Assembly: GCA_030390025.1 (NCBI GenBank)
Contig: CM059431.1
Coordinates: 114,144,001-114,208,000, forward strand
Reading direction: 5' to 3'
Length of the DNA stretch: 64,000 bases
Origin: Squalus acanthias
Lineage: Eukaryota
Part shown: positions 63,301 to 64,000 of the stretch, piece by piece
Layout: every line of letters starts with the position of its first letter
Numbering within the stretch: the first letter of the stretch is position 1
Program-made: the position numbers and the translations under genes
Notes under the pieces: generated by a model
What the model was told of the DNA's origin: nothing
Database searches by the model: none
The model's input: only the letters and a program-made list of their open reading frames with translations

Positions 63301-64000
63301 GCAGGTACCTGTAATATACAGGCATTGAGAGCAGGTACCTGTAATGTACAGGCATTGAGTGCATGTACCTGTAATGTACAGGCATTGAGTGCAGGTGTCA
63401 GTACTGTATAGGCACTGAATGCAGGTACCTGTAGAGTACATCTATTGATTGTAGGTACCTGTAATTTACAGGCATTGAGTCCAGATAAATGTAATGTACA
63501 TGCATTGAGTGCAGATAAGTGTAATATACAATCACTGAGTGCAGGTACCTGTAATGTACAGGCATTGAGTGCAGGTACCTGTAATATGCAGGCATTGAGT
63601 GCATGTACCTGTAAATTAGATGCATTGAGTGCAGCGACCTGTAATGGACAGGCATTGAGTACAGGTGCCAGTAATGTAGAAGCACTGAATGCAGGTACCT
63701 GTAATGTACAGGCATTGAGTGCAGGTATCTGAATTGTACTTGCATTGAGTGCAGGTACCTGTAATGTACAGGCATTGAAAGCAGGGAAATGTAATTAACA
63801 GGCATTGATTGCAAGTACCTCTAATATACATGCATTGAGTGCAGATAACTAATATACAGAAATTGATAGCAGGTACCTGTAATGTACAGGCATTGACTGC
63901 AGGCACCTGTAATGTACAGGCATTGATTGCAGATAACTGTAATATACAGGCATTGAGTGCAGGTAACTGTAAAGTACAGGCATTGATTGCAGGTATCTGT
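54350..64000. repeat. Higher-order repeat of the satellite, about three near-identical multi-kb copies
   Basis: Nearly identical ORF-track peptides at 55475/59573/62796 and 56077/60145/63398 (offsets 4098 and 3223; 4068 and 3253). Confidence 0.93.

Larger units (their letters stand above)
32670..64000. repeat. 30-bp tandem satellite array, consensus GGCATTGAGTGCAGGTACCTGTAATGTACA, continuing past the window end
   Basis: Directly visible 30-bp periodicity over ~24 kb excluding three LINE insertions (on the order of 800 monomers); single orientation; occasional shortened or lengthened monomers. Confidence 0.99.

Noticed and set aside
32670..64000. Hundreds of ORFs with 10-aa repeats (ALSAGTCNVQ, VPALNACTLQ, MPVHYRYLHS, CLYITGTCTQ) as a repeat protein
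   Set aside because: The 30-bp consensus is simply stop-free in four of six frames; frequent off-length monomers, stops and LINE insertions break every frame
32670..64000. CRISPR array (30-bp palindromic repeats)
   Set aside because: Monomers are head-to-tail with no unique spacers, no cas genes, and the context is vertebrate

Overview
Eukaryotic (vertebrate) non-genic DNA; the repeat repertoire (CR1 LINEs with short microsatellite tails, DeuSINE-like and LF-SINE-like elements, Harbinger MITEs, Penelope-like fragments) suggests a cartilaginous fish, which is inference. No intact host protein-coding gene was recognised. 1-14 kb is AT-rich, mostly unique sequence with old TE fragments and possible conserved non-coding elements. 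14-32.7 kb is a nested TE cluster of 5'-truncated CR1s, PIF/Harbinger remnants and MITEs with 3-bp TSDs. It hides two inverted, decayed copies of an unidentified protein-coding sequence; one copy can be rebuilt after removing two later insertions. From ~32,670 to the window end lies a 30-bp satellite (GGCATTGAGTGCAGGTACCTGTAATGTACA) with a dyad-symmetric monomer and layered higher-order repeats. It carries three minus-strand CR1 insertions, one with an intact 978-aa endonuclease-RT ORF2. The many ORFs called inside the satellite are artefacts of the 30-bp periodicity.
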